Assembly (NCBI RefSeq): GCF_009834535.1
Contig: NC_045697.1
Span: 84,074,001-84,138,000 of the forward strand
Length of the DNA stretch: 64,000 nucleotides
Source of the DNA: Camelus ferus
Lineage: Eukaryota
Direction: 5' to 3'
Part shown: positions 37,923 to 51,733 of the stretch, piece after piece
How the letters are laid out: every line of letters begins with the position of its first letter
Position numbering within the stretch: the stretch's first letter is position 1
Program-made: the position numbers and the translations under genes
Notes under the pieces: model-generated
Told to the model about the DNA's origin: nothing
The model's input: the letters and a program-made list of their open reading frames with translations, nothing else
Databases searched by the model: none

Positions 37923-39169
37923 GGAGAGGGAGTTTACCTATTTTCCCAAACTTGGTTTTATTTGGAACTTTATGCCAGTTATGTCAAATTTTGTCCTTAA
38001 ATCCCAATGATATCTTCTCTGACTTCTATCTACAGTAACTACAGCTCTGATTATTACCAATACAAAATTCCTTTAATCTGTTGAAGTTGATACTTACTAG
38101 ATGGCTGAGAAGAGGAAAAAGAACTCTGATTTTGTGACAAAACAGCCAGAGTTCAATGTTCAATTAAACCAAGACCCATGTCTAGCATGAATTTGATAAA
38201 GAAAACAACTAAAAAGAGGGCAGAGGTTTCATGTCCTGTAGTGTTCTCCAGTGGCGGTGTTCGAAAATCTTACAGTGTTTCTAATCAAGATTCAACTGGT
38301 TCTTCTACAATATGTCTGAATAAGGAAAGTAACTAGATTTCTCATTTGCATAAAAAAGAAGATATTGAGAAAGAAAGAAGAATTAACTATTCAAGGTCCA
38401 TATGTTCAAAGTGCTATCACGTAGGAAAAAATCAGAGGTATGAAAAAATTCTATAGATATTTTACCCAAGGAAGTTAGTTGCAAAATAACACGTAACACG
38501 TTTTTATTTCACCAGTACCCTGCTATAAAGTTATTCTTAAAACAAAGCACATTAAAAGAGGGCCATACCAAGACAGAAAAGAAAGGGAGGGGGTGAATTT
38601 TAGCCATAAGTATAAAAATGATTTTACTACGATGAAGACATTGATATTTTTGGCATAAATATTTCCATAAAATGTGCATTGCATTCACTGTAAGAAATCT
38701 TCCTTCAGGCATTAAACTGCCCAACTTTGCATTTTCCCCAATTATCAATGGCAAGATTTGATTTTAACCTAAGAAAATTGTTATTTTGATGAAGATAGCA
38801 GAATTATCAGATCAGCAAGTAATGCTCATCCTGATTTTAAATTTCTTTGACAAAGGGAAACATGAAATTTTATTAGCCTGAGCAGGTTTAAAAACATTGA
38901 ATGATATTTCTGTTATGCTTTTTTTCCTTGGTACAATAAGTGTACCTAGAATTGGATTTAAAGGGACAGCAAATTCGAATCCTTTCCCCTAAGTGGAAAG
39001 CTAATACAAATGGGCCCACCATAGCCTATGGCCTGATGAGGAAGAATGGAATGTCACAATTGGTGGACATTTAGTAATTCCTCTAGAATGCATCATTTTA
39101 GACGAGGTCACATAAAGTCCTTTTGTTGGCAGCTCTTGGAACTACTGTCATGGGGAGATGGATGCATTC

Positions 39170-40060
39170 ACTTATCAGTCAGCAATGCTTTATCATTTAC
39201 CTACTCAAGGCCATATACAATGCTTCATGCTAGGGATAATAATAGTGAAAAAAATGTGGTCTCCGTCCCCAGGGAGCTGATAGTGCTGAGAGAGGGTATA
39301 ATGTAAGGAGACAAGAATGCCGATAGGATTGTAAACAGAGATTATGAGAACAGCAGGAAAAAAAAAATCCAACCCCAAGGATGGGAGGATTGCTGTGTGT
39401 GGGGTGGAAGGGTCCTCTTCTCACAGAAGCCTTTTTGGAAGAATTCATGGCAGAGTTGAGTCTTAAAGACTGAGTGGGAGTAACTGGTAGAGGTTGAGTA
39501 CAGCTGAGAGGAAGCCCATTCCAGACAGAGGGCACAGCACAGTGCTGATAAACTCCAGGCAGTTTTGTGTTCTTACTGGATAATAAAGTGAGAATCAAAA
39601 AGCAGTGGATTTTATCCTACAGAAAAGGGTAAACTTCTTTTTTTGTAAAACACCAGACAGTAAATACTTTAGGTTTAAAGAATCATAGGGCTTCGACTCA
39701 ACTCCACAAAAGTAGCCACAGCTAATATAAAAGTGAATGAATGTAGCTTAATAAAATTTTATTTATGGAGATTGGAATTGGAATTTCATATAATTTTCAC
39801 AAGTCATCAAGTATTATTAAAAATTTTTTTCCAGCCACTTAAAAGTGGAAAAACTATTTGTAACCTTTACTATTTGTACAAATATAGGCATCAGGCCAAA
39901 TTTGGGCCATTGGCCATGGTTTGCCTATTCCTGCTGTTAGTCAACAATGGAGAGCCATTTAAAGGATTTAAAACAAGGAATTGGCCTGATCTAGCTTTCT
40001 TGGTAGGAAGTTCATTTTGGCAGCAGTGAGGAAGATGTATTTGAGAGAGGAGGGCCTGAG
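39170..40060 (-). mobile_element. LINE-2 fragment interrupted by a MER58-like element
   Basis: L2-like purine-rich text on both sides of 39620-39933. Confidence 0.6.
39620..39933. mobile_element. MER58-like hAT-Charlie element
   Basis: 'ccagacagtaaatactttaggttt...aataaaattttatttatgga...ggccaaatttgggcc...tttgcctattcctg'. Confidence 0.7.
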
Positions 40061-41719
40061 GAAAGAAGGACACAAAGAGCTGTCAAATGTTTCCTGTAGA
40101 AAGGAGGCATGGTGTGCCTTCTTGAACACTTTGTAATAAATCAGTCAACACTAGAATCCCCCCAGGTGTCCCCTCCCTCCGCTATTACTGCCCACACCTT
40201 TCTCTGCCACCGTGCCTCCTCCTCCTACATCATACTCCTCCTCATCTCACATTCCCATCCCAAACACATACCAGCTGCTAGCTGGCCTCCTCTTTAAAAC
40301 TCTTTCAACAGAACAGACAAGAGGGAATTTTGCTGAAAGAGTGACCACCAGCAGCCCCACTTCTCTAATTTCTGGGAAGATAGTGATGGCTGAGCGAGCA
40401 TTAGGATGACCCAACTTCCTCCAAGCCATCATATATGTTACAGATGTGGTTACAATTTTGGAACATTTATTTTCCAGTTGACAGGAATAAATCTTCTTTT
40501 AAATTTGCATTTGGCACATAATGTAATGCTGCCTCAGAAAACTGAAATGATAAGCTTCTTTTCCTGCAGCATAATCTAAGATTTTATCCTTTGCTAAATA
40601 ATCTTGATTTCAAAGCATTTAAAATTAAATATGCTTAAAAATACTTTGATACCAAAATTATTTTAATAGATTAAGAACTAAAGTAGGAATGTCTTTGGTA
40701 AATTTTCAAAACTCATAGACTATTAAAATGAGAAGGGGGCCTAGAGACCATATAATCAAATATAGGAGGGATTTAAAAAGCCAAAATGAGCACCAGGTTC
40801 TTTTTCCTTTCAAAGTTGTATTCTTCCTTCAAAGAATTGATTACAGAACTTTTCTAACCCAATATCTGCTAGATTTAAGATGGCAGTATTATCCTACCTT
40901 TGGTACAACACAGTTTTCAAACATGAATGTTGCTGTACTACTGATTCCATTTTAAGCTCTTAAGGCACTTGATGTGCATAGACCTGAGACAGTGTTAGGT
41001 TGTTCTAGACACTGCCCATGTTAACAACCCTCCTCCCTTCCTGTTCTACAGACAGAGATGATGTCATTGGCAATTGAGGGGATAGTTTTATGTTGCACTA
41101 TATCATTATCTCCATTCCAAAATCCTCCCCAAATGGAGAGAAGGAGAACGTGGTAATGGAAGAAGTATAATAATGTGTGCTTCTAAAAGAGCAAAGCAGA
41201 AAAAGCCAGAGTTGACTACAATAGTAACTCATTCTAACTAAAGCAACTCTGGAGTCTGGAAATTGCCAGTCTATTATATCCACAAAAACAGTTCAAACTC
41301 AAGAATGATGTGAAAATCTTTCAACAGGATGATACGTGAAAAATTATGACAAACAGACATTCACAAGAGTTTAATTATTATGGATCTTCAAAAAGAGGGG
41401 AAAAAATGGAAAAGTGCCACAAAACCTGAGCAATTCTGCTACATACTCTTCTGATCTGCTCTGATTTCATCCAAATAAAATGTCCTAAACATGGCAAGGT
41501 GCAGATTTGTACTGGAGACTTAGCTGTTTCTTATCTACTTTCATAGAATTAACAACAAAGTTATTCAATAATCAAGAAAAAATTAATAGAGATTTATTTG
41601 GCCTAATTTACTTGAATGATTATTCTCTTTCATTGCATTTATCCAATCACTCATCAGGAATATATGAAGTATTTTTTAGGTGGTAAGTACTCTACTAGTT
41701 AGCAAGAGTGATGATGATG

Positions 41720-41950
41720 ATAGTTACCCTTTACAGATACTGGTAAAGTACCAAGCCCTATACTAAACACTTTAACTCCACTGTCTCTTAATCTTCCTAA
41801 CTTTGTACAGTTGATACTACTTCACATTCCCATTTACAGATGAAGAAACTGAGGCACAGAATGCATAAATAACTGACAGGGGTCATATCAGAAGAAAGTG
41901 GTAGATAAAGGATTTGAATTCGGGCCTTTCTGTTTCACAGCCCACTCAAT
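41720..41950 (-). mobile_element. MIR SINE
   Basis: 'cccatttacagatgaagaaactgaggcacaga'. Confidence 0.8.
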
Positions 41951-42649
41951 GTGCACTCATCTATACATACATCACAAAAAGATGTAGATGGCATGGCCTC
42001 TCCATGTTTGGGAAACTAGATAGATAAATTTACAACAAAAGAAAAATCCTAAGGCATGTATGGGATCATGCTGAAAAGGATCATAGTGATTATCTAGTCA
42101 AAACTCTCATTTTGCCCACAGAAAGTTGAGACCTAGCTATGATGAAATGCCCAGTGGAGTACAGAAGCACTTTTCTCTACTCCTTGTGCTACTACGCAAG
42201 AGTGGGTCCTCATCATTTGTTACTTGGATTATTAAAATAGCATCATATTATATCTATCTGCAGTTTCATTATTTTCTATTATAATCATATTTCTAAAACT
42301 CAGGTTTGTTAATATTGAACAACTCAAACTCTTCAAAATGGTTTTCTCTTCCCTTTTCCTGAAGGCCTGGCTCTGTCTTCTCAAGCACCAATCTATGCTT
42401 CCTGCTCCAGCTGCCACCACTGCTCCAGCTGGTGAATAAGTCATCTCCACAGCCCTGCTGTTCATGTTCCTTTCCTTGTGTGTTTGAGCTTATGCTTCCC
42501 TCTGTCTAAAATGCCTTCTCCTTTCCTAGTCTGTGAACCTGTTCATCCTTCAAGAAGGAGCTCATATCATTCATTAAAGCATCTCATTCTCTAAGCTCCC
42601 TCCTCTGCATTTCTATAATACTTCATTCATAATGGAAAGAGCTTCCATT

Positions 42650-43620
42650 CAGTCTTTTAGTTCTCCCAACAAGTATTTTTTATATTTCTTTGTGCCAGGT
42701 ACTTTGCTAAGCACAGGGGGTCACAGTGGTGAAAAAGGTAAAGAAGGTTCCTGCCCTCATGGAGATTTTCTACCAAGAAATGCAGATAACAACAACAACA
42801 ACAAGAACAAAAACAAGCAAACAATAAATGCTAGGGAAGTAACCAGTAGTGGATGAAAGAGAGTAACTGAGGAAGGCCTTCTTAGAAAGAGGGGTCAGAA
42901 AAACCTTCTTCAAGCACTTGATATTCTAACAAAGATCTTAAGGATAAGATGCCTGGCCTGGTGAAAAGCAGAGGCAGAGCATTTCAGGCAGAGAGAACAG
43001 CAAGTTAGTAGACAAGAAAGGGCTTGCTATGATCAAGGGAAGAAAGAGGCTTATGTGGCTATAGCTATATAGTAGTTCAGAGAGAAACGTTTGGTGAAAA
43101 CGGTTGGAGAGGTGGGGCAATCACAGCTCAGGAATGCTTTGCGTGCTTTGTAGGTTATAATAAGGAATTTGGATTTTCTCCTAAAACCACAGGATGCTAT
43201 GAAATGGTTCCTAGCCAGTGGAACTGACTGACCTGTGCATTTAAAAATGACAGAAATGAATTGAAGAAGGGCAAGGATAAAATTAGGAAGACCAGCTGGG
43301 AAGCCCTTGCAGGAGTCTAGGCAAACAATGGTTAAAGTGGAGTCAACAGAGATGGAAGAAACACAGACAGATTTTAGTTATATTTGGGAAATAGACTCAC
43401 CTGGTCTTGGAAACGTATTAGACGTGGGCAGACAAAGAAAGGGAGGCATTACAGTTTATTTTTAGATTTTATGGCTTGAATCATTGGATGGATGGCATAA
43501 TTTCTACTGAGATGAGGGAAGACTAAAGTGAGAAAGAAATTCAGGAAAGAAAATAAAAAGTTCTATGTTTGAACATATTGAACTGATATTAACCATGGAC
43601 ATTTTAAGCTTTACCGTGGA
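42650..43620 (-). mobile_element. LINE-2 fragment
   Basis: 'tgtgccaggtactttgctaagcac...ctgccctcatggag...taaggaatttggattttctcctaa...tttctactgagatgaggg'. Confidence 0.8.
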
Positions 43621-43654
43621 AAAAATGCTCTTAAAGTAATGAACCACGGGTAAC

Positions 43655-43890
43655 AGTAAGAATAGCTAATAATCATTGGTATTGCTTCCCATATGCCAGA
43701 CTTCGTTTACATATAAAGTTATACAATCCCCTAAACAATCACTCTACATGGAAGTTACTGTTGTGACTTACATTTTACAGATGAGGAAATTAAGGGACAG
43801 AATGGTCAAATTACTTCCCCAAGACCTCACATTTGTAAGTGGCAGATTCAGGATACAAATCTAGGCAGTTTGATTCCACAGTCAAACTTT
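43655..43890 (-). mobile_element. MIR SINE
   Basis: 'cattttacagatgaggaaattaaggg...cttccccaagacctcaca'. Confidence 0.8.
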
Positions 43891-44639
43891 CAGTCTCTGT
43901 ATTGAAAGAATTAGTGACCTGGTACCTGGAAAATAGTTAAATCCTACTTATTTCTAAATAAAACCAAAAGGAAGCAAACACAGATCTCCACACATTACAT
44001 GACAGCATTTATTAAACACTGATTTTAATAAATGATAATTCTATTGCTGAAGTAAAATAACTTTTCTTATCATGAATGCCATTATAGAAATCACATTATG
44101 TACTGGGCACCAAGTAGAGATTATTTCTCAGCAAGGACTTCGCCCAGAGGAATTAACTGGATCCCTATTTAGCTCTCTTATCTAGAGACAATCACCTACA
44201 GACACCCACTTACACCCACAGTTACCACTTTAGAAACTATTTACTGACCATCTATAACGAGCCAGGCACTGGAGTTAGCATGGGAACTATAATTCCCTGC
44301 CTTCATGAAGCTTCTGAGTGGAGGAGACAAAAAAACAAACCAACAAAAAACCCCACCACCAATTAAAATAAACTGTGATATGTACTGAATGTAGTACACA
44401 CAGCAGGGGCACCCAATCCTCTATGGGGGAAATTACATTTGAGCTGGATCTGAAAAGATAGGTAGGATTTAACCAGGAGGCAGCTTAATATTTCTTAGCC
44501 AGAGAAGAGAAGGAACTGATGGAGCACTTTGGAATGCTACAGGAGCATTTGTACCATCTGACCTGGGGAGCAGGTTTCAAAACTTCCAGCGGAACAAATA
44601 TGTAAATGCCCTTGCCTGTCCTTAATATCAGCGCTCCAA

Positions 44640-45690
44640 CCCTGCCGCTGCCCTTCTTTCTCTGAAGGCTCTCCCTGAGTAACCCAATTACAACCACCTA
44701 AATTGTTACCACTTACATGGTGGTGACAGATAATCCATATTTAAGCCTAACTCAATGATCCCTTCAGCTTCAGCCCTAAATCACACCAGACTTTACCACT
44801 TGAGTGATTTCTCAAACATTATTGATTCAGAAGAGACTTCACTTCCTTTTCCCCCAAAGCCTGCTCCTTATCCTGCATGTCCCACTCAGTGCCTGTTTCC
44901 ATCCACCCAAATACCTAAGCCACGACTGGAATCACTGCCCTAGTTTTCCCCCTCACCCTAACACTTACTCAACACATCAATCACCAGACCCCACAAACTC
45001 CCCTCTCTTAGATCTCTGGTTATCCACCTGCCCTACCACCACCACCGTTGTCACAGCATTGGATCAGGCCCTCATGGACTTTCACTGAAATCGTGTCCTA
45101 AGTACCTTGCTGCCGCATCTCCAATCTGTTCCTCCTACAGGTGCCAGGATAATGTTACAAAAATGCATGTAGGGTTATTCCCCTGCTTTTAAAGCCATCA
45201 ACAGCTCCCCATGGTTCACAGGCTAAAGTCCCAACTCTTGGGAAGCCCTCTGGTATTTCATGTTTTCCTGCCTTTCAGCCTTACCTTTTGCTAATATCCC
45301 CTCTTCTTCTAGCACCTCATACTCCACCCACACCAAACTACTCACAATTCCACAAACTCTTTATATGGTTTCAGACAGCAAGCTTTGGCTCACACTTCTA
45401 TCTCTGCATTAAATGCCTTTCAACACCATCCCCACACCTTTACCCATCTTTCGAGTCTCAACTCACCAATGGACTTGTCTCTGAAGCTTTTTGTGATTAC
45501 TCTGCCTCTGCCCCAAATAGAACTGACCTTTTCCTCCCTTATGTCCCCACCACTTCCAGGGCAGAACGTTTCCACAGAGCTTAGTTATAGTGATCCCATC
45601 AGTCTAGCATGATGCCTGCCTATCAGATTGTTTCACTGACAACACAATTCATGGACCAAAACTTATTTTCCACCAGGAGTAGGTGCTGTG
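44640..45690 (+). mobile_element. Degenerate LINE-2 (pyrimidine-rich strand)
   Basis: C/T-rich text such as 'ccaatctgttcctcctacaggtgccagg', 'gctaaagtcccaactc' and 'catctttcgagtctcaactc'. Confidence 0.6.
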
Positions 45691-46670
45691 GCTAAATGTT
45701 GGAGAAGAGCAAAAGGCAGATAAAATAGTCTTTGCCCTCATAACTCATTTATGGTCACAGAGTAAAATCTTTCAGTCTAAAAGTCAAAAGCCCTCCCAGG
45801 ATTTACCCTGAAGCTAATACAGTTTAAGCTGATATCATGTAGTGTCAGGGACTGGATTTACAGAGGCTCCTTCCAAAGTGCTGTGCTAATTTTGTATTTT
45901 TAATTTTAGATATTTATTTTCTTAAAGCGGGGCCAAATTTGGATGTATTTCAGGCGCCACAAAACCTGCACTCACCTCTGGTTCCAAAACTTAGATGATG
46001 AGCTGTGGTCACGAATTTTTGTAAACAAAGTTTGAAGAAAAGTCAATAGTGATTTGGGAGGGTTTGTGGCGGGTGGCACAGGCTTCCTCCTGTGGTGGTG
46101 GACTGAGTCCTGAACGGGAGTGGCTCAGCGCCACCCCTTCACTCTCTGCTGGAGCACAGCAGGTGGGTGGGGCCTCCCACCAAGAGTCTCCTATTGTCTC
46201 TCTCCTTCCCTACCACCCACACTCGCTAAAAGAAGAGTGGGCTAGAAAACAAGGAAGGAAAAGAAAAATGATAAATATTTCAGGACTAGCAGAACACCAT
46301 GGTTCTGAGCTACTAAGAGAAAATGCATCAGTCTGGCTTCCTCTGTGTCATCTGGCTCTCAGCGATCCTGCGACCTGACTGAAATTTCAGAGTAAAACAT
46401 TTTTGTTGTGGTTGGGAAGTGAGGGGAAGAGGGAAGTTATAAGCAAGAGGAAAAGAGAGGAAGGACATATGACAAAGACAAAGAACATGACTAATGAGTC
46501 CAGTTCTTCCTTGTGTCATTTGTGACCTCCCTGAGCATAGAAAAAGGAATAATGGGCTGAGATCCTATCATCCACATTCCTTCTCCCTACCCCACCCCTC
46601 CTTCAGCGTTTCCTCTAGAGTCATGGCTGGCCCTGACACAATAGCTCCACGTGACAAAAGGGAGAAAGAG

Positions 46671-47365
46671 TGTTGTCAAAGAAGCCAAGTTCAAGTGCCT
46701 GATGCACAGTGAGTCCAAACAAACCAAAACATCAGAGTTTGGAACCAAGTTTATTGCAAAAGCCAAGCAAGGAGAATGGGCAGCTCATGCTCAAAACACC
46801 TGAACTCCCCAGAGGCTTTCAGGGAAGAGTTTTCAAAGGTAAAATTTGGGCTGAGGGTTGCAGGGTGTATGACTTTCTTCTGATTGGTATTGAGGTAACA
46901 GGGTGGTGTTTCAGGAATCTCAGTCATTAACCCGGTTCTGACCAGTCTGGGGTCTACAAGCTTGTCCTCAGCATAAAGACACCATCCCCACATGGGTAGG
47001 GGTCTTACTTCCTGCAGAACAACTCAAAGATACATGTCAGATTGTTATGGATATCTCTTGAGGAGGAACTAGAGATTAAAGGAATATAACACAACAACTT
47101 TATAAATGAGCAACCAGACCCAGAGTGGGAAGGGACTCTTCCAAAGGCACACTGTCAGTAAGGACGACGCTGGTGCTTTATCACTGAACTACTGTTTTTA
47201 GTTTGCTTTTCCTCTGTTTCTGCACTCCTTCACTTCCCTAATTAGTAACTATTTGAATATGTACCTTGGAACTCAGGTAAGATCTTTTTCTACAAACAAG
47301 ACATAGGAGGCAGGGAGGGGCTTTTGTCCCTGGGGGAGGGCCCTGCAGGATCCTGCTCAGTTTCA
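46671..47365 (-). mobile_element. ERV1-type solo LTR (MER41-like, 695 bp)
   Basis: TG...CA termini, perfect 4-bp TSD AGAG (46667-70 and 47366-69), minus-strand AATAAA near 46750. Related to the LTR at 55770. Confidence 0.85.
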
Positions 47366-48149
47366 AGAGTAATGAACAGACTGGCAGTTGGGGGGGTGGG
47401 GTGGGAGGAGGGAAGGTGTACGAGTCCAGTTCCTGGTTCTGGCTTGGGCAGGATTTAGATCTTTTGAGGCCCTAAGCACACAAAAGACTATAGCACCACC
47501 ACTGCTCCCATTATGTAATTCAAATAACACTTTAATATTTTTAATGACACATGACTTACCTGTATGCTGAAATTAGGATAATTGTTTTTCTAGATTTAAG
47601 AAGCTAGTCAGAACTGATCTCTCTCTGTCTGCCTCCCGGACACAGGCTTGCTTTGTCTATTCTAACACCATCCTAGCCCTTACTGATAGTGTGACCTTGG
47701 CAGAGTCCGTTACCACTCTGGGTCTGGTTGTTCATTTATAAAGTTGGCGTATCATATTCTTTTAATCCCTATGAGTCTATTAGAGATCATTCTCTTTCAC
47801 CTTTCAAAGCAAAGCAACAATTTAAAATACTTCTGCTCTGGCTTGTATATCCTACTGACTTATACAGCGTAGAGAATTCCAGTCTGGATGAGACAAGACA
47901 TCCTGTATATTCATTCAGTGATACATCTGATTATACTCACTCTACAAATATTTACTTAATACTTACCATTTAATAGCTCCTGAGTGTACAGTGATGAGCA
48001 GAGCAGACATACTATTTGTCTTGTCCAATTAGTTTACTTCCATGGAGCTTGCAGCCTACTGAATATAATGGTGGAGTCTGGGAAACAGCCCAGTTGTGTA
48101 ATTTCCAGGACCTACCCTTAATCACCATCTAGCATAGTGATAAATAACC

Positions 48150-48285
48150 TTGATTCTGTAGTTAGGTGGCTTGGGTTCAAATTCCAGTTCTGTCATTTCC
48201 TTGCTTTGTGACCTTGAGCAAGTTTCTTAACCTCTCTGTCCTGCTATTGCCTTTTCTTTAAAACGGCTAACAATAGCAAGGCCAC
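48150..48285 (+). mobile_element. MIR SINE
   Basis: 'tgggttcaaattccagttctgtcattt...gtgaccttgagcaagtttcttaacctctctgt'. Confidence 0.8.
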
Positions 48286-51200
48286 ATGCCCAAGGTGTAT
48301 CTCCTATGTACTTGCTCCACAGAGCATGCCCAGCTTTAGGCCAAAGAAGGAAGGATGATTCTCTTCCCAGTTTGTGTCCTACTCTGGCATCTGGGTTAGA
48401 CAGCATTATCCTAGAAGTTTTTAGAGAAAACAACCTTTCTGGTATTACTCAAAGCCCATTCTATCTTCCCCACCCTCTCCCCTGTGGTTGAAAAATATCC
48501 TTGGCAGCTTAAATTAGGAGATCATGTGTAAATGTAAGCCAGATTTCTTCTGTTTCCTGGTTCTTCTCTTTGACCTCCCACCCACAAAATAATGAATCCA
48601 CTTCACAGAAAAATATTGCTGAGAAATGTGACAAAGGATTTTTTGGAAACAAAGAGAGAGTTCACAGCACACACTCTAGAGGTGACTGCCTAAAAGTTCC
48701 CTGTAGTTATTTCCCCATTTCTTTCCCCAGATTCTCCTTTCCTGCCAGGTTACCAGTAAAGGTGCCATTCTTTCCCTTCCCAGTGTCTTGCATCCCCATA
48801 AAATTGCAAAGATACAAAAATTAACCCTCAAGTTCATCCAAGTCAGGAAATATCCTCAAAAGTAGTACTCTGCTTACTTTTCTGTGTTCCCACCTTCATT
48901 GAGTTCATGGCCTGAATATTCTAGCTTGTGGATACAATCAAGATTTTTTTCCAACCAACATTTTATGTTGTTTTTAGCAACAGGCTCAGTCTGGGCACTA
49001 AATACATCAGGTTGCCCTTCACAGTTTGTGCAGCCTGATACTGAGTCAAGTTGCCTGATCACTCTGCTTGGTGATCAGCTTAATACAAAGTCACAGTGTT
49101 TAAATCATTATGCTGAGATTTCTGTTTCAGTGAGTCAGTTGCATTATCTTTCTGCACCATTTTTGCCTTAAGCAATAAAATACTGCTGAGGTAGAAAGAG
49201 AGATAAAAAAGATACAGCTAACAAAGAATCCTAATTCTGGACCTCTTAAAGGAGTCCAAACCAGAACTGTTTTCTTTGCCTTGCCCTGTTTAGGAGTCTG
49301 CTGAGTCGGCCTTCACATTAGGAAAGTTGATTGTTCACAAATGTTTGAACATTTTCTCACTAACCCATGTTTGGGTGTGCCTTTAGAATAACAAAAGATG
49401 AAGAAACTAAATGAATTTAATTTGATCCTCATTTTGAACTAAATATTGAAAGTAAGCAATAAAAAAATGGAAGTAGGAATATACACCTGGAATCCAGCTT
49501 GTGAATTTGTTTCCATAACAGACGTCCCAGGGGCCCTAAAATAGAGTGTGAGACTATTCCATTGTGAGACTGGAAGCTAAGAGACATCACCTAATTCAAA
49601 CCTCTCCCGTTACTGATGAGGAAACCAAATTCCAGAAAAGTTATGTGACCTGTTTAGCATCACATAATAGAAGCAATTCCAGGACTAGATCTCATGATTC
49701 CCAGGAACTTATTTCTTTCAATTATATCATGCTGTCATGTACTATGCAGATTCCGTTTTACCAAAAAATAATAAACATGTTTAATAAACTTGGTAGATTT
49801 TCTAAATTTAATAAAATACTTTGAGTACCTAATGACAGAGATTTATGAAAAATAAACAAAAACAATCTATTGGAGCCCCCAAATAAAACAAACCAGCAGA
49901 TAAAAAACAAAACAAAACAAACTTTCCATTACAGGGTATAGGTTAATTTTTTTATTTCCCAGTCTCTTTGTTGTCTTTACCAGCTCAGTAGTTAGAAAAC
50001 TAGGAAACATCAAAGTTACTTAGGGATGCCTTTATTATTAGATTCATCTTTAAATAATAAAAATTTTAGAAATTTATTTAGAAATAAACTTAGAAATTTA
50101 TTTAGATATTTAGAAATAAAAATCTTTCATCAGGCTTCTCTGCCATTATCACTACTTAGAAGATCCAAATAAATGGTAGGTAAGGAGTTACAGAGCTACA
50201 GGTGAGGGCGAATGTGAACTGAAGATCTACCAGGAGTGAACCTTAGAATTCAAATAAAGGAGGTCAGAGCCAGAGATAGAGAGAGGGGACAAATATCTTC
50301 ATCATTACTCATGATAAGGCAGCAGCCAATCGCCTTGACCAAGGAACCATGAAGGACTATTAGGTATTAGAAGCAAACCACAGAAGTGATATGTCAGGAC
50401 AGCTCTGAAGGATCTGATTTGATTCATCCACTCATGATATGTGAATAACTGTATATTCAGAGTCACATATTTTTACCTCAGATATCACACAATTATGAAT
50501 TTCCCCGTAAGGAAGCAATAATAACTCATACTTGAGATTGTTTTGGGACACATTAGAGCTTTAACCTCCTATTTCAAAAATATAATCAAGGATACCAATA
50601 GATAATCTAGGTTTTTTGCTGCCAGTACATTCCAGATTCCACAGGTTCACAGGATTTTTAGTTACCTAGGAGTAATCAGATCCAGCAGAGATTTTTGTTT
50701 GTTTTCTTTTGTTATAAGTTTAGGCATAGAAAGCTTGCCTATCTAGTACTGGTTTTGTTCCCCATCTGCAAGAGATCAAAGTTAGTATGGAAAGTATCTC
50801 CGGCATGAGTAAGTTGTGAAATCAAAACAACTGCATGAGTCAGGAGAGTTTACTTTTTAGATAAAGACTCATGAGCAAAAACTGAAGAAGGGGTAAGCAC
50901 ACTACATACCAATAATAAAAAGTGCTCAGTCAACAAAATTTAGAAGGAGATTGCTCTATAAAAATCAAATTTCAAAAAATGAGTTAAAAAAAGGTTAATT
51001 AAATGCCAACATTATTAGCAAAAATTACCAAGAGTATCAAGCAATATGCTAGGTAACTGGTTGTGAAGGATGACTAATAAAAGAAATATCATTTCTTCCT
51101 GACAGAGTTTTTGCTCCAAAATGAACACAATGATACAGATGCCAGCAAAAAAAAAAAAAAAACCAAAAACAAAAACTGGACACATTTTTAATACTATTGC

Positions 51201-51532
51201 CAGAGGAAAAAATTCCTCTAACTTAACTTTCATATTTCCAAAATTTATTTAGCTATTTTTAGGGCTTTTCCTCCAACTGGAAATTTGATGAATATGAAAA
51301 AAAAGTTAATGGAAGAAACAAATCAGAGTATAGAGTTCATGGAAAATGGAAGAAGGATAATAAGAAGAGAAAAGATTGAATCAAGATGGTGCCAGAGATG
51401 ATCCATTCACTTATTCTTTCTTTTTTTCTTTCTCCAGCAAATAATCATTGAGCGCCATGTATTCTTCCAGGTACTGGGGTACAGCAGGGAACAAAACAAA
51501 ATACTTTCCTTCATGGCGCTTGTATTCTAGTG

Positions 51533-51733
51533 CATGGGTGGGCCATGTCAATAACTATTTTAGGCTTTGTGAGCCATACAGTCTCTTCAATGAGTACTTA
51601 ACTGTCGTTGTAAGTGTCAGTGCCATCACAGAAAGACAGACAAGTGGCCATGGTTGTGTTTCAATAAAATCTGTTTTTATTAAAACAAATGGCAGGCCAA
51701 TTTGTCCCTCAAGCTGTAGTTAGCCAACCTCTG
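51533..51733. mobile_element. MER58A-like element nested in an L2 (~51400-51900)
   Basis: 'tattttaggctttgtgagccatacagtctct...ggccatggttgtgtttcaataaaa...gtagtttagccaacctctg'. Confidence 0.75.

Noticed and set aside
44006..44034. 11-bp inverted repeat CATTTATTAAA / TTTAATAAATG with a 7-nt loop
   Set aside because: Short and AT-rich, too small for a pre-miRNA; plausible by chance.
39896..45942. Isolated CArG matches CCAAATTTGG (39896 and 45933)
   Set aside because: Single sites; the first lies inside a MER58-like repeat and neither has supporting context.
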